Positions 40,615 to 51,590 of a stretch of DNA of 64,000 bases are shown piece after piece. The DNA is taken from the NCBI GenBank assembly GCA_963819815.1, contig CAWFXL010000001.1, positions 352,001-416,000 on the forward strand, given 5' to 3'. A program made the position numbers and the translations under genes. Each line of letters opens with the position of its first letter. Position 1 is the stretch's first letter. The notes beneath the pieces are model-generated. The model saw only the letters and a program-made list of their open reading frames with translations, made no database searches and had not been told where the DNA came from. The stretch is from an uncultured bacterium. Its GTDB lineage: Bacteria; Babelota; Babeliae; Babelales; Babelaceae.

Positions 40615-40946
40615 TCATACATAAAGATTTATCAGAAGGGCGATGGTATACTTTTTCTTTTATGGATCAACTTGCAAATGTTGGAACCGATATAGAGAGA
40701 GCAATCAATTGGAAAAAGCGTGGTGCAGCAGAGGATAGTGAAAAAGCACTTCAGCGAGGATTGGAGCTACTCCAATTTACCATTGAAGATCCTAAGAATG
40801 AGAAAAGACGCAAAGAACTTTTTCGCATTAAAGAAGCCCTGTTAGACTATTTCTATGGCAATAACCAGTATGGTTACACTGACCAAGCATGGCAACAATA
40901 TTTCTATTGTTTTGCTTACGCATCAGCCTTACGAAGGGGTCGATAA
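40611..40946 (+). CDS. Hypothetical protein, partner of the DUF5674-like gene
   Basis: HKDLS..RW..F...QLANVG.DI.RAI.W; paralog of 48783; ATGA coupling. Confidence 0.85.
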   Translation: MIIHKDLSEGRWYTFSFMDQLANVGTDIERAINWKKRGAAEDSEKALQRGLELLQFTIEDPKNEKRRKELFRIKEALLDYFYGNNQYGYTDQAWQQYFYCFAYASALRRGR

Positions 40947-41144
40947 GAAAAAAATCCATTTTTTCCCCTACTCCTAAGAATGCAAAGCGTCTTGCTGATT
41001 GGCCGGCTGCGCTAAATCTCAAATAGGTTAGGCCTACACATGCAAAAATTATAAAGCAACGAAAAAACTTCATATCATTGTGAATATACTGTTATGTTTT
41101 CTTTGACGCTATGATAGACATTTTCTAGGACTATCAATTACCTA

Positions 41145-44100
41145 TTATAGCTCTGTTGAGCCATCGGGCAGTATCCGGTCGTTATCGATCTTCCTTTTTT
41201 TTGCGGAAGGTCCATCAGTACCGGATGCCATAAGCTCTTGTTCGGCAAGGGCATTTTTAGTTTGATCTTTTGCTGCTTGTTTAAGTACATTATAGCGCGC
41301 ATCAAGACCCTCCTTAATAATATCTCCTAACTTAGACTCTATTCCATCAAGCCTTTTAAGTGCATAAATTCTCTTCTGCTCTTCTAATGCACCTAACCTC
41401 GTGCGAGTTTTCTGTAAGAGGGGCTGAAGTCGTTCTAGTAAATATCCTATAGCTCCAAATTCCCTTGCGTCCTTAATCAGTTGGAAGATAGTTACAAGTT
41501 TACGCAGAGTTGTGTAAGGGTCTTGCTTCGGGTTTTGGTACGAATTCAATTGAGATAACTCTAATGCAGGAAATAAAGCTTTTTTACCCAACAGATGCAT
41601 AAACATGCATATAACATCATTGGTAATACCTCGTTTCTTTCCTGTTGCCCGGTCAGCTGTAGATTCATCGGAGAGCAGAATGGACGCAATAACATAGGGA
41701 CTAAAGGTGAAGCACTCTCCATTGCTGTCATGGCCCCCTAACACTCTTATCACCTCAAAAACACGTGCACTTGATTCTTTAAATTCCCTCATTGTTGGCA
41801 CATAGCACCAAAAGCATTGTTTAATAAGTATTTCAGGGATGTTTTCCCAAAGAAAGCACGTTATTGCCGTACTCAAGGGTGTATCCTTTTCAGAATCCTC
41901 TGCATCTATATGTGCCCCATACTGAAGCAGACAGTTTACCTTTTGAGTAAGCTCATAACCACTCAATTGTTTCATAACTGCTAGAAGCGGCGTCATCTGA
42001 GTTGCACTGCTTCTTGAGTTTATGCGAGCTCCCCGATCTAACAGAACCTTCATGGTATTAGCAGATCGTGCTAGATGTAGAGGTGTGTAACCTGCGGAAT
42101 CACGTGTTTCAGTGTCAGCTTTATAGTCAAGCAAAATTTCAGCTGATTCTGCACTCCCTACTTTTGAAGCAAGGAGTAGTGGAGTCCCAAATTCCTCGGT
42201 TTTGTATTCTATGTTAGTCCCAGCCTTAAGTAAGGCCTTTACGGCTTCAGGGTTACGCAACTGGGCTGCACTTTGGAGTAAACTCCTCTTGTTAACTACA
42301 AAAGCTTTATTTGCCCCATTGTGTATAAGCAGGTCTATACCTTGTGGACTATTAAATGCTACCGCAATGAAGAGAGCTCTATCAAGGGCTGCTTGTGGCA
42401 ATCGTACACTCTCCAAAACTGATTCTAAAACCAAGAGCTCTTCGGCCAAGATCTCCATGTCTATTAAAGAAAAACTGTCAGGTAATAAAGCCCCACGGCA
42501 AAGCAGGTCAACCACGGTATCTTCAAGGAAATAATCATCAGGCCATCTAATACCATCGAGTCTTTGCTCTATCAAATGATCGATTACTGTTTTGTTGTCC
42601 TTATCTTTTCTATTTAAATCAGCTTCAGCTGCTACTAATTGCTTTATATTAGCATAGGTGGGGATGAGTGTTGCAGCCTCATGGAGGGGTGTTCGACCAT
42701 CTTTATCTTGTGCATTAACATCGGCTCCATGCTTTATAAGGGACACTGCAAACTTTAAATTAGAACTGGGTCCAGCAATAGCTTCATGCAAAGCTGTTCT
42801 TCCTTGAGCGTTACGATAATTAACATTCGCCTTACATTTCTCAATAAGTGGTATATTAAACTGCGGAGCAATCATGAGAGGAGTCAAACCATCGACAATT
42901 TCTTCATCAGCCATTGCCGATTCAGAAAGCAACTCAATACAGGGTCCCAGATCAACGTCTTCAGCATAGTTGCCTTCATGAAGCCAAAAAAATATTTCCG
43001 CAAATGGTGTTCGACCTTCTTCATTTTTAACATCCGGATCTGCACCTCTCCCAAGTAGAAGCTTCATGAGGCTGCCTGAGGCCACTTTCGCAGCTGCATG
43101 TAACATCGTTGAACCGTCATAGCTCTGAGCATTGCAGTCTGCGCCTTCATCAAGTAGAGTTTCCGCAAGTGCTTCATTTCTTGCATAAAGAGCCATTTCA
43201 AGAAGCCTCATAGAGTTAAATTCTAGTTCAATAGTGATGCCATGTGCTAAAAGGCATTGTACAAATTCATGCTCTCTGCCTTGGATGCCACGACTGACCT
43301 CAGGGTCAAAATCACACGCAGCAGCATCAAACATCGTTGAACAAAACTTTCGTGCATTTGTTTCGATTCTTTTTTTTACCGCGAGCCACTCACTTGTTGT
43401 GGATACCGTCTTTTGCTGGCCATCATTTGTCTTATCAGATTGGATGACCTTTTTTGCACTTGGATCCAGTAGCGAACTTGCCTGATGAGTGAGGTGTGAA
43501 ACTGGTTCCTGAACTCTCTGAGTCTGAGCAATCACTTCATCAATCAAGTGACCATACGTATGCTCTACAAAGTGAGGCTCACTTACCGCAAAAGCATTTG
43601 AAGGCAGCCCTGCATTCATGGATCGAGTCAAGGCAGTAATAAGCAATGACCTTATGTCTGAATGCGTTCTTGCAATCGAAGAAAGTGTACTCTTTAAGAA
43701 ACTTCGAATCGTAAGGTCAATGGTATCTTGTACCCCTTTTTGTAAAGCGAGCCTCAAAGGACTCGTGCCCGTCCTATCTTGAATATCTGTGCGGGCCCCA
43801 TGATCAAGTAATAGCATTATTGCGGGATTAGTATCTTGTAGGAGCGCACAATGGAGCGCCGTTTTACCTGAATCATCCTGTACATTAACAGCTGCTCCTC
43901 GATCAAGCAGTGCTTGTACACAGTCGCCATGTCCATGCGCAGCTGCAAAGAACAGTGCAGTTCTTCCATCCGTTGAACGACCTTCAATCTGAGCTCCGCA
44001 CCTCAAGAGAGATGCTACAGAAGATGTACGGTCCAAACTCGCAGCTAAAGCAAGTGGTTTCATACCCTGTGCATCCTCAGCCTCTTTACAAGCGCCATGT

Positions 44101-44882
44101 GTGAGAAGAACATCAACTAACTCACCATAATCAAAGACAATCGCATGATGTAAAAGTCGAAGCTGCGTGTGAGCAATAATAGTCTCGGGATTTGCATTTT
44201 GAATGAGAAGAAGTTCAGCAGCAGATTTTTGGTTAAAACGAACGGCTGTAGCAAGGGCTTGATTCTTTACATCCAGAGTGCAAAGGTTCAAAACTCCACT
44301 TACGTGAGCTATCTCTCTATGGGTTAACATCCATCTAAGGCCTGCGAGACTGCCAGTTGCCGCGGCAATGGTAAGCGGTGATGGCCGACCTTCAGTATCT
44401 TCTAATTCTGCTACACGGGCACCACATGCGTGCAAGGTCTTCAATAATTTTGCTGAAGGGCGATGACTATTAAATGCACAGCGTAATGCCGTCGCTCCCC
44501 CTATATCTCGTACCTGAAGATTCGCACCCTGTGAGAGTAAAAGCTTTATAACGTCACTATGGTCGCGTAAAATTGCTATTTGAAGGGGCGTACTTTTTGT
44601 TGTATTTCCATCTTGAGTATCTCTATGCGCACCATGTTCAAGAAGTATTTTAACAACGTCGACGAAACCATTATATGCAGCCCAGTGAAGCGGGGTATAA
44701 CCCTGAGCATCTGGTCGATTAACGCCCACGGAATCGGTAGAAAGCAATTTGATTTTGGATATATCGCCGGTTTGAGCAGCAACAAAAAATTCTTGAGAAG
44801 TAGTATCTATCACTTGAATTGATTCAGAGGACCATAGGACACTAGACAGACTTATAAATCCTAAAAGTATTATTTTTTGCAC
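41145..44882 (-). CDS. Large secreted ankyrin repeat protein (1245 aa)
   Basis: GTG start with GAGGA RBS; signal peptide; several ankyrin blocks; C-terminal PSAKKRKI. Confidence 0.9.
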   Translation of the reverse strand: MQKIILLGFISLSSVLWSSESIQVIDTTSQEFFVAAQTGDISKIKLLSTDSVGVNRPDAQGYTPLHWAAYNGFVDVVKILLEHGAHRDTQDGNTTKSTPLQIAILRDHSDVIKLLLSQGANLQVRDIGGATALRCAFNSHRPSAKLLKTLHACGARVAELEDTEGRPSPLTIAAATGSLAGLRWMLTHREIAHVSGVLNLCTLDVKNQALATAVRFNQKSAAELLLIQNANPETIIAHTQLRLLHHAIVFDYGELVDVLLTHGACKEAEDAQGMKPLALAASLDRTSSVASLLRCGAQIEGRSTDGRTALFFAAAHGHGDCVQALLDRGAAVNVQDDSGKTALHCALLQDTNPAIMLLLDHGARTDIQDRTGTSPLRLALQKGVQDTIDLTIRSFLKSTLSSIARTHSDIRSLLITALTRSMNAGLPSNAFAVSEPHFVEHTYGHLIDEVIAQTQRVQEPVSHLTHQASSLLDPSAKKVIQSDKTNDGQQKTVSTTSEWLAVKKRIETNARKFCSTMFDAAACDFDPEVSRGIQGREHEFVQCLLAHGITIELEFNSMRLLEMALYARNEALAETLLDEGADCNAQSYDGSTMLHAAAKVASGSLMKLLLGRGADPDVKNEEGRTPFAEIFFWLHEGNYAEDVDLGPCIELLSESAMADEEIVDGLTPLMIAPQFNIPLIEKCKANVNYRNAQGRTALHEAIAGPSSNLKFAVSLIKHGADVNAQDKDGRTPLHEAATLIPTYANIKQLVAAEADLNRKDKDNKTVIDHLIEQRLDGIRWPDDYFLEDTVVDLLCRGALLPDSFSLIDMEILAEELLVLESVLESVRLPQAALDRALFIAVAFNSPQGIDLLIHNGANKAFVVNKRSLLQSAAQLRNPEAVKALLKAGTNIEYKTEEFGTPLLLASKVGSAESAEILLDYKADTETRDSAGYTPLHLARSANTMKVLLDRGARINSRSSATQMTPLLAVMKQLSGYELTQKVNCLLQYGAHIDAEDSEKDTPLSTAITCFLWENIPEILIKQCFWCYVPTMREFKESSARVFEVIRVLGGHDSNGECFTFSPYVIASILLSDESTADRATGKKRGITNDVICMFMHLLGKKALFPALELSQLNSYQNPKQDPYTTLRKLVTIFQLIKDAREFGAIGYLLERLQPLLQKTRTRLGALEEQKRIYALKRLDGIESKLGDIIKEGLDARYNVLKQAAKDQTKNALAEQELMASGTDGPSAKKRKIDNDRILPDGSTEL

Positions 44883-44898
44883 CAGAATCCTCTTAAAG

Positions 44899-44938
44899 AA
44901 TGAGTAGAGTATGCTACCAATGAGTAGAGTATGCTACC
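44899..44938. repeat. Perfect 20-bp tandem duplication
   Basis: AATGAGTAGAGTATGCTACC x2. Confidence 0.9.
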
Positions 44939-45309
44939 GTTGTGCCCCATATTACAATTTGATTGTAATATTTTTTCAAAAAATTGTCAACGCAACATTA
45001 TTACAGCGAGGCGAGGCTCTGCGGTCATTCTGTGGAGTGCTAGAGGCTTTGAGTTCACCTTTTCTGACACCAAAGCATCTATAGTTAAACGGTCCTTTGT
45101 TAAAAGACGTTAAACTTTTTGTAAGGTACAGATTCTCACTGAGATATTCTTTTCCACCTTATTTTGCGTAAATGCACGCCTAGTGCGATATATTCAGAAA
45201 GCTCTTCTTTTATACAAGACCTTTTCCTTACACGTGGTCCCACTTTGCCAAATATTTTCTTTGGGTTATACTATTAAGCATAAGTAACTACTATTGAGAG
45301 GAATAATCT

Positions 45310-46344
45310 ATGAAAAATCATCCTATGTACCTACTTGCCAGTACTGTCTTGGTTTGCACTATCTCTTGTACTGCCTATGAAGGGCAGTCTCATTATTACC
45401 GCCAGGGCCTAGAATTTGGAAAATTGCTTATCGAAGAAAATCTTCAGTCAGATACATCAAGGGTCCAGAATAATGGCCTACTTGCATTACCTGGTATTCT
45501 TTCGGGTGGAGACGTCAATACAGAGGCTTATAAAGCTGCCTTTTCTGAATACAAAGACTATTATAGAGGTCTGTATGACTACCTGAGCAGCAATAGCCCA
45601 AGTGATAGTACGAAGGAAGACTTGATGTATCAGAAAATCAACCTGTATGAGAAAATGGCACATGCAATTGCTAATGCGCCTGATATTGAAGCAGCCCGTT
45701 GCGCTAGCACGCAAATCATTACAAATGCCATGAATGATGCAAAAGAAGCTCTGCACATTGTTAAAAGGGAGTTGCACAAGCTAGGTCAATTTAATCTTAC
45801 TGTTAATGCAAAAGATATACACTATCAAGAAGGGTATGCCATTGGAAAACAGACCAATAGCTTGAAGGCTACCGAAGCACAAGGCAAACCCACGAGTAAT
45901 GGAGAGCGCGCACTCAAACAAAGAATAGAAAAGTTTGACGCAAGCATAAGTCAGGTTTCTTCGGCGTCTAAGATGCATGCTTCCTGGCAGTATCTCAATG
46001 GCGTGAAAAAGGCCTTTGAAGAATGTGATATTGAGGCCCTCATTACACGCTATAAACCTTCTCCTAGCATAGCAGCAGAAATGCGAGCCAATTATGAGCA
46101 AGCACTTCATCGAATACAAAGCTCTTATGTAGCCTTTACCAATATGAAGGTAGGACTTGATGAATTAAGCATAGCTCTTGAAGATGTCCTTAAGGATTTA
46201 AACGATCCTGAAATACTTGAAGTCTCATCACTTGATCAACTCGGTACAAAGACTAAAGGACTATCTGATATCCTTGAAAAAGTTAAAAAGAACGGGTATT
46301 CCGCCTTCTATTACATGCAGGTGCATCTATTGCTGTCTAACTAG
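45310..46344 (+). CDS. Hypothetical secreted helical protein
   Basis: GAGGA RBS, signal peptide, terminator downstream. Confidence 0.75.
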   Translation: MKNHPMYLLASTVLVCTISCTAYEGQSHYYRQGLEFGKLLIEENLQSDTSRVQNNGLLALPGILSGGDVNTEAYKAAFSEYKDYYRGLYDYLSSNSPSDSTKEDLMYQKINLYEKMAHAIANAPDIEAARCASTQIITNAMNDAKEALHIVKRELHKLGQFNLTVNAKDIHYQEGYAIGKQTNSLKATEAQGKPTSNGERALKQRIEKFDASISQVSSASKMHASWQYLNGVKKAFEECDIEALITRYKPSPSIAAEMRANYEQALHRIQSSYVAFTNMKVGLDELSIALEDVLKDLNDPEILEVSSLDQLGTKTKGLSDILEKVKKNGYSAFYYMQVHLLLSN

Positions 46345-46373
46345 CAGTTTTTTCTTTTTTAAGAGACTACATC

Positions 46374-46410
46374 GCCCCTTTTTCTTTCTGAGGAAGAAAA
46401 AGGGGCTTTT
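46374..46410 (+). terminator. Rho-independent terminator
   Basis: GCCCCTTTTTCTT..AAGAAAAAGGGGC followed by TTTT. Confidence 0.7.
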
Positions 46411-46489
46411 GCTCACATCCTTAAAGGGTGATAAAATATTATATAATTATACAAATAAGAATTACGTGGACAAGTTAAAGGGGACCCAC

Positions 46490-47537
46490 ATGAAAAAAAT
46501 GTTTTGTGTCTTCGCTGCTCTAACTGTTATGAGTACATTTGGAGTACAAGAGGACACAGCTGCCCTTAAAAATGCTCTTAAAGCCATCCATAGGTGTGAC
46601 CCCGATGCTGTGCTATGCGAGGTAACAAAGCTTGCTGAAACGTGTTCGCCTACTTCGCTGCAAATACACCTTAAAATGCTCCTCGGTGAAATCGATGAGG
46701 CTATTATGGCGAACAAAATGAAGGGCAATCCTCGGTATCACGAACAGCATGCTCTTGGTATAAACCTTTTAGTATGGGGCTGTACAGCGATAGGTTGCGG
46801 TTTCTATTTGGATTCAAAGTGCAGTGTTGGACCCAATAAATCCCTCCGCTAGGGGAATTGCTGCAGCTTTCATCGGCACGGGGATACTGGGTGCCTGCTA
46901 TGGGGCAATGCTTAGGAGCTTGAAGTCAATAGACACCAAGAAAGCTCAGGCGATCAAAGACTATCTTGAATATGAATTAAAGGAACTAGCAAACCCTCCA
47001 ACACTGGCAATCTCAAGTGACACTTACGGAATTCCAGATACGATACTACAAGAAGTTGCAGCCGCTCATTCTCTGAGCGACCTGAGCCAAGAGTCACAAA
47101 GGGCACTATATTCAAAGGACTTTCCATTGGAAGTGCTCAGTTCTGATCTCAGGAAAGAAATCGATTCTCTAGATCTTTATAAAGACATACTCCTTGCTAT
47201 AGTCACCCAAAATACGGATGCTATTGCCAACCAAGTAGCCCTGGGGATCGATCTTAACGCAAAGACCAATTTTACCTATAGCTTTCTTACCTTTGCAGTT
47301 GATAATGGAGTTATCGACAGTGTACGCGAATTGATTAAACAAGGTGCACAGGTTTCAATGCCAGATGAGTTCGGACGAACTCCACTTCACTATGCCGTTA
47401 GTCGTAAAGATAAGCCTATGGTAGCTCTTCTTCTTGAAGCTGGGGCTGACCCTAATCTGCCTGATCGCAAAGGCACCATACCACTGATGCCTCACAAAGC
47501 GGCATCATTACCTCATAAGTATACAACTAAGAATTAA
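46490..47537 (+). pseudogene. Chimeric gene: paralog of 47547 (frameshift at about 46830) fused to a copy of the 16624 ankyrin gene
   Basis: 46490-47000 is similar to 47547-48140; about 47005-47510 is similar to 16651-17165. Confidence 0.75.
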
Positions 47538-47546
47538 GGAACTCAC

Positions 47547-48140
47547 ATGAAAAAGATATATATTGTCTTCGCCGCTCTAACTGTTATGAGCACTTTTGGC
47601 GTAAAAAAAGATGAACCTGTCACCTCTGAAAATGAGCCCCAGGTCATCAAAAGAATCGACCTCATTCGGAATAACGGAAGAAAAAGAGTTGAACCCGTTG
47701 CCTTTACAAATGCTCAAAAAGCTATTCGTAGGTGTGACCTCGATGCAGTGCAATGCGAGGTTGCAAAGCTTGCTGAAACGTGTCCGCCTGCTTCGCTGAA
47801 AGGACACCTTGAAACGCTTCTAGGTAAAATCGACGATGCTATTATGGGGAACAAGTATGCAGGCGATCCACAGTTTGAAGAACAGCATGCTCTTGGTACA
47901 AAGCTCTTAATAGCTGGCGCTGCAGGGTTAGCAGGAGGTTTCATTGTAGGTAAAAAGGGTACCAGTTTTGGACTTCATAAATTCCTGGCGAGGGGACTTG
48001 CAGCGGTTCTCGTAGGTACTGGGATAATGGGCGCCTACCTTGGCGCAATTCTTAGGAGCTTGCAACCAATGGATACCGAAAAAGCCCAGGCGATTAAGGC
48101 TTATCTTGAGAAGGAGTTAGCAAGCCTTCCGCGCACATAA
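47547..48140 (+). CDS. Hypothetical secreted/membrane protein with two Gly-rich TM helices
   Basis: AAGGA RBS; signal peptide; LLIAGAAGLAGGFIVG and GLAAVLVGTGIMGAYLG. Confidence 0.8.
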   Translation: MKKIYIVFAALTVMSTFGVKKDEPVTSENEPQVIKRIDLIRNNGRKRVEPVAFTNAQKAIRRCDLDAVQCEVAKLAETCPPASLKGHLETLLGKIDDAIMGNKYAGDPQFEEQHALGTKLLIAGAAGLAGGFIVGKKGTSFGLHKFLARGLAAVLVGTGIMGAYLGAILRSLQPMDTEKAQAIKAYLEKELASLPRT

Positions 48141-48441
48141 GGTTATAGCTGGGGCATCAAACAATCCTTGCTGAAAAGAGCTATTAGACAATCATCTTCT
48201 ATCAGGCATGCCAACTAAATCAAGCATTCTTTCTCTCTTTGTCATATGCAGTAATTGGAATCTACGAAAATATCAAATCCCCCAGTGGATATTTGCTCTA
48301 GTTAAAAAGTACCATACTGGAGATTCATGAGGAAACTCAAGGAAATGTAGCTTGGTCTCACATTTTTTCTCATCCTTGTGAGCAAACCAAAAGCACTATA
48401 TACTTAAGACGATCATTAATATCCTTGACCCAGAGAGCTCT

Positions 48442-48786
48442 ATGAAGATCGTCCTACATACCATTTCAAATGGGGAACTGTCAGAAATGTCTGAAAAAAT
48501 GTTCGAACGTTTAGTCAAAGCAGTGATTGACGTAGAACGGAAAATTATGGCCGTTGATGCTGGTATGCACGCAGACGAGGAATTTTTATTACTTGAAAAT
48601 GGGTCGGAACAACATAATTTATGGGGAATTAACTTGCATCCTGATAAATTTGGATCTGATGAATTTATTGTATTTGATTCTATGATTAATATACGTCCGC
48701 GCCAAGGGAATCGAAGTCGTGGTGTCGATAATCCCGAAGTTCAGAAACTTATAATAAGTATTGTACATAAATTAGTTACCGCATGA
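48442..48786 (+). CDS. DUF5674-like protein
   Basis: VKAVIDVER..MHADEE..LLENGSEQHNLWGINL..DSMINIRPRQGNRSRGV. Confidence 0.8.
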   Translation: MKIVLHTISNGELSEMSEKMFERLVKAVIDVERKIMAVDAGMHADEEFLLLENGSEQHNLWGINLHPDKFGSDEFIVFDSMINIRPRQGNRSRGVDNPEVQKLIISIVHKLVTA

Positions 48787-49118
48787 TTCACAAAGACTTA
48801 TCACCTGAAAGGTGGTTTCAATTCACGCTTTTCGAGCAACTGGCAAATGTCGGCTGTGACATCTCTCGAGCCATTCAATGGCGTAAAAAGGGTGATTCTG
48901 ATTATGCAAATCGATCATTTGATAGGGCACTGGAACTCTTAGATCTGACTATACGTGATCCAAAGAATAAAGGCGGTACACTCAAAGAATTAGTACGAAC
49001 CCGAGAGGCTCTCATAGACTATTTTTTGTTTGATAATGTGTATAACACTTCCGACGAAATCTGGCATGACTATTTTCTCGACTTTAACTTTGCAGCAGCA
49101 ATCGCTAAGGGAAAATAA
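48783..49118 (+). CDS. Hypothetical protein, partner of the DUF5674-like gene
   Basis: Paralog of 40611; ATGA coupling. Confidence 0.85.
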   Translation: MIHKDLSPERWFQFTLFEQLANVGCDISRAIQWRKKGDSDYANRSFDRALELLDLTIRDPKNKGGTLKELVRTREALIDYFLFDNVYNTSDEIWHDYFLDFNFAAAIAKGK

Positions 49119-49119
49119 A

Positions 49120-49318
49120 TTAACATACTCGCCCAGGAATAAATTCCGGGGATTCTGGGATCAAACAGCGATAGCCAACAAGGTTGGCCTTACATCACCT
49201 AACCCAAGAGTTGATGCCCCAACTCGCTCGATATTTTTCTCAGCATTACAGTCTCTATCATGAGTGGTTCTACACAGATAAATCACTCAGCACACAGGCA
49301 AGGCTGCTCTGGCACTAT
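49120..49318 (-). mobile_element. Non-autonomous IS200/IS605-family mini-element (second copy)
   Basis: 199-bp reverse-complement copy of 13371-13569; ends GAGTATGTTAA. Confidence 0.8.
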
Positions 49319-49463
49319 ACGGACGACTGGTAATACTCAGATTAGAAACATACTTATTGAGGCTGGAGCTGATGTAACCGCTCGTTCAAACCTTGGCAAT
49401 AAAGCATTAATTTCGTCTACAAAACAACAATCTACGGATGAGATAGAAATGTCCGCGTTTTAA
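49319..49463 (+). pseudogene. Ankyrin gene 3' remnant
   Basis: ILIEAGADVTARSNLGNKAL; 5' part absent next to the mini-element. Confidence 0.55.
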
Positions 49464-49545
49464 CGCACTAGAAGCAGTCCATTTTTAACTCCAAGACCTT
49501 CTTTTTTTCCTAGTAAAAAGAAGCAGCCTAAAGGCCTCCAGAAGT

Positions 49546-49983
49546 TCAATCTTTAATTGTCTCTTCTACATAATAGTTAGAACTTTGAATATGGGCAATG
49601 ATCCTTCCATGACGCGGTAAAATATTGGAAGGGATGTCATTCAGCGAGAACCAAGAAACATGACTATGCTTATGTGGCTCTTTATTGTATGGATCGCCAG
49701 ACCATGTATCCACTCGGAATACAAAAACAATACAGGGCCTGGTAATGCCCTCAAAATACATTACATGGACCAGTGGAGTTTCACCAGCAATGCTTATCCC
49801 AAGCTCTTCTTCGAGCTCTCTTTTGAGAGCCTGTGAAGGAGTTTCATCTGCTTCTATCTTACCACCTGGTAATGCATAGCAGTTGCTAAAGACGGTAGTA
49901 TTCTCACGAAAGAGTAATAACACAGAACCATCCTTGACAAGATAGCCAAGCACATAGGGTAAGACAGTAAATGTATCCTGCAA
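49546..49983 (-). CDS. NUDIX hydrolase
   Basis: Nudix box GGKIEADETPSQALKRELEEELGI. Confidence 0.9.
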   Translation of the reverse strand: MQDTFTVLPYVLGYLVKDGSVLLLFRENTTVFSNCYALPGGKIEADETPSQALKRELEEELGISIAGETPLVHVMYFEGITRPCIVFVFRVDTWSGDPYNKEPHKHSHVSWFSLNDIPSNILPRHGRIIAHIQSSNYYVEETIKD

Positions 49984-50060
49984 GCTCCATCCTCAAATTC
50001 TTACGTTCATATTTTTTAGCGACCTTATGAGCAAAGCTCTCTTGCGAAGGAAAAGTCCTA

Positions 50061-50453
50061 TTATTTTTTCGTCTTAGGATCAAACTCATCAAGTCCTTTC
50101 CGAACTTTCGAAGTCATCCTAAGAAATAAAAAGACCACCCATGCGATTAATAAAAAATTAAAAACGGCTTGGATAAACGCTCCATAAGCGATGTGCGCGG
50201 GTCCAACTTTAAGGACCAAACTTCTGATATTCGCCCCAAACACAGCACTTATGCACGGCATGAGAATGTCATCAACTATTGAATGTATTATGGCTGTAAC
50301 TGAAGCTCCCATTACTAGAGCACTTGCCAAATCAACTGCATGACTTCGCGTTAGAAACTCCTTAAAATCATGCGCAACGGAAATCGATGTATCTTTCAGA
50401 TGATCCAATGACATTTCCTTATGAATCTTGTTGGTGTGTTTAATCATAGCCAT
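50061..50453 (-). CDS. mscL: Large-conductance mechanosensitive channel
   Basis: FKEFL.R..AVDLA.ALVMG....IV.DILMP and YGAFIQAVFNFLLIA. Confidence 0.85.
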   Translation of the reverse strand: MAMIKHTNKIHKEMSLDHLKDTSISVAHDFKEFLTRSHAVDLASALVMGASVTAIIHSIVDDILMPCISAVFGANIRSLVLKVGPAHIAYGAFIQAVFNFLLIAWVVFLFLRMTSKVRKGLDEFDPKTKK

Positions 50454-51080
50454 GGTTTTCTCCTTATAGGTTAAAGCCTCTGAGTAGAGCTTTAAAAAAA
50501 TTAGGAAATTATCATCATTCTTTTAAGTAAAGCCCTCACTCCGGGCATCGAACTTATGAGCAGCATTTCAAAGTAACTTTTTTGTATTTTGTGGAGGGAT
50601 ATTTCCTATTTTTCATGATTTGCCATCGTGCCTCCTTTGCAGCTCTTAATATACTAGTTGAGTAATCCTTAAGAAGTCTTTGCCGGATGTGCTATAGCAT
50701 CATCTGATGATTCTAATACTGCCTTTATTTATGTCAAGTTCTGTTTAAAGGCTTCTGAATCAACGAAAAAGGCTTTTCCTCAGCATCTCAAAAGCATGAT
50801 AGTTAACAATCAAAAGAAACCATCAAAGAATTGATCGGATAGTCTTTGGCGCAGCGTATCGAATTGCAGTTCTTGCTCCAGTAAATATTTCCTCCCACTA
50901 CCAAATTTCACTCCCACATCTGATAGAGTTAGCGCACTCGGAAATGTGTAAGGTGGCAGGCATACTCCTCTAATAGACTGGACACACAGATCAGTGTGTA
51001 GTACATTAAAATAAGCAATAAAAATTGGCAAATGCTGCAACGAGCTGTGGCTCTGTTACAGCTAACCCAAAGGAGATCTC

Positions 51081-51590
51081 ATGATCAAACTTATGCTCAC
51101 GGCAACATTGCTTGTGTCCTCATTCATATATGCAGACTGGATCGATGATATTTCGCAGCATGCTCATGGAACAAAAATTGATATTCCGGCAGCCATCAAG
51201 ATAATAAAGGGATATATTCGGCAGGATACCAAGGACATAATTAATCATAGTATACAGCTTATTTGGCCACATAAGAAGGGTATCGTTTCAACTGTTCGAG
51301 CAGGAGCTACAGCAATAAAAGAAAGCATTGCAGAAAAACGACGTGATCATCATAAAAAAGTATTGAAATTTCTTAGCTCTCTCTCGAATAATGAGCGCGA
51401 TAGAGAGAAATTCGCTGAGCAGCTCTCCCTTATCAGAGTCACCGCTAAGGAGCTCACCAAATTGAAAAAACAGAGCTCAAAAACAGCTACTCTTAATGAT
51501 GTTGTCAAAAATACGAGCGAAATAGCTGCTAAAGAACTGTATATTCAAGGCTTAAAAGCAAGGATACAAGGCTCATTTCTATTAAGTTAA
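51081..51590 (+). CDS. Hypothetical secreted protein
   Basis: AAGGAG RBS; signal peptide; coiled-coil-like. Confidence 0.75.
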   Translation: MIKLMLTATLLVSSFIYADWIDDISQHAHGTKIDIPAAIKIIKGYIRQDTKDIINHSIQLIWPHKKGIVSTVRAGATAIKESIAEKRRDHHKKVLKFLSSLSNNERDREKFAEQLSLIRVTAKELTKLKKQSSKTATLNDVVKNTSEIAAKELYIQGLKARIQGSFLLS

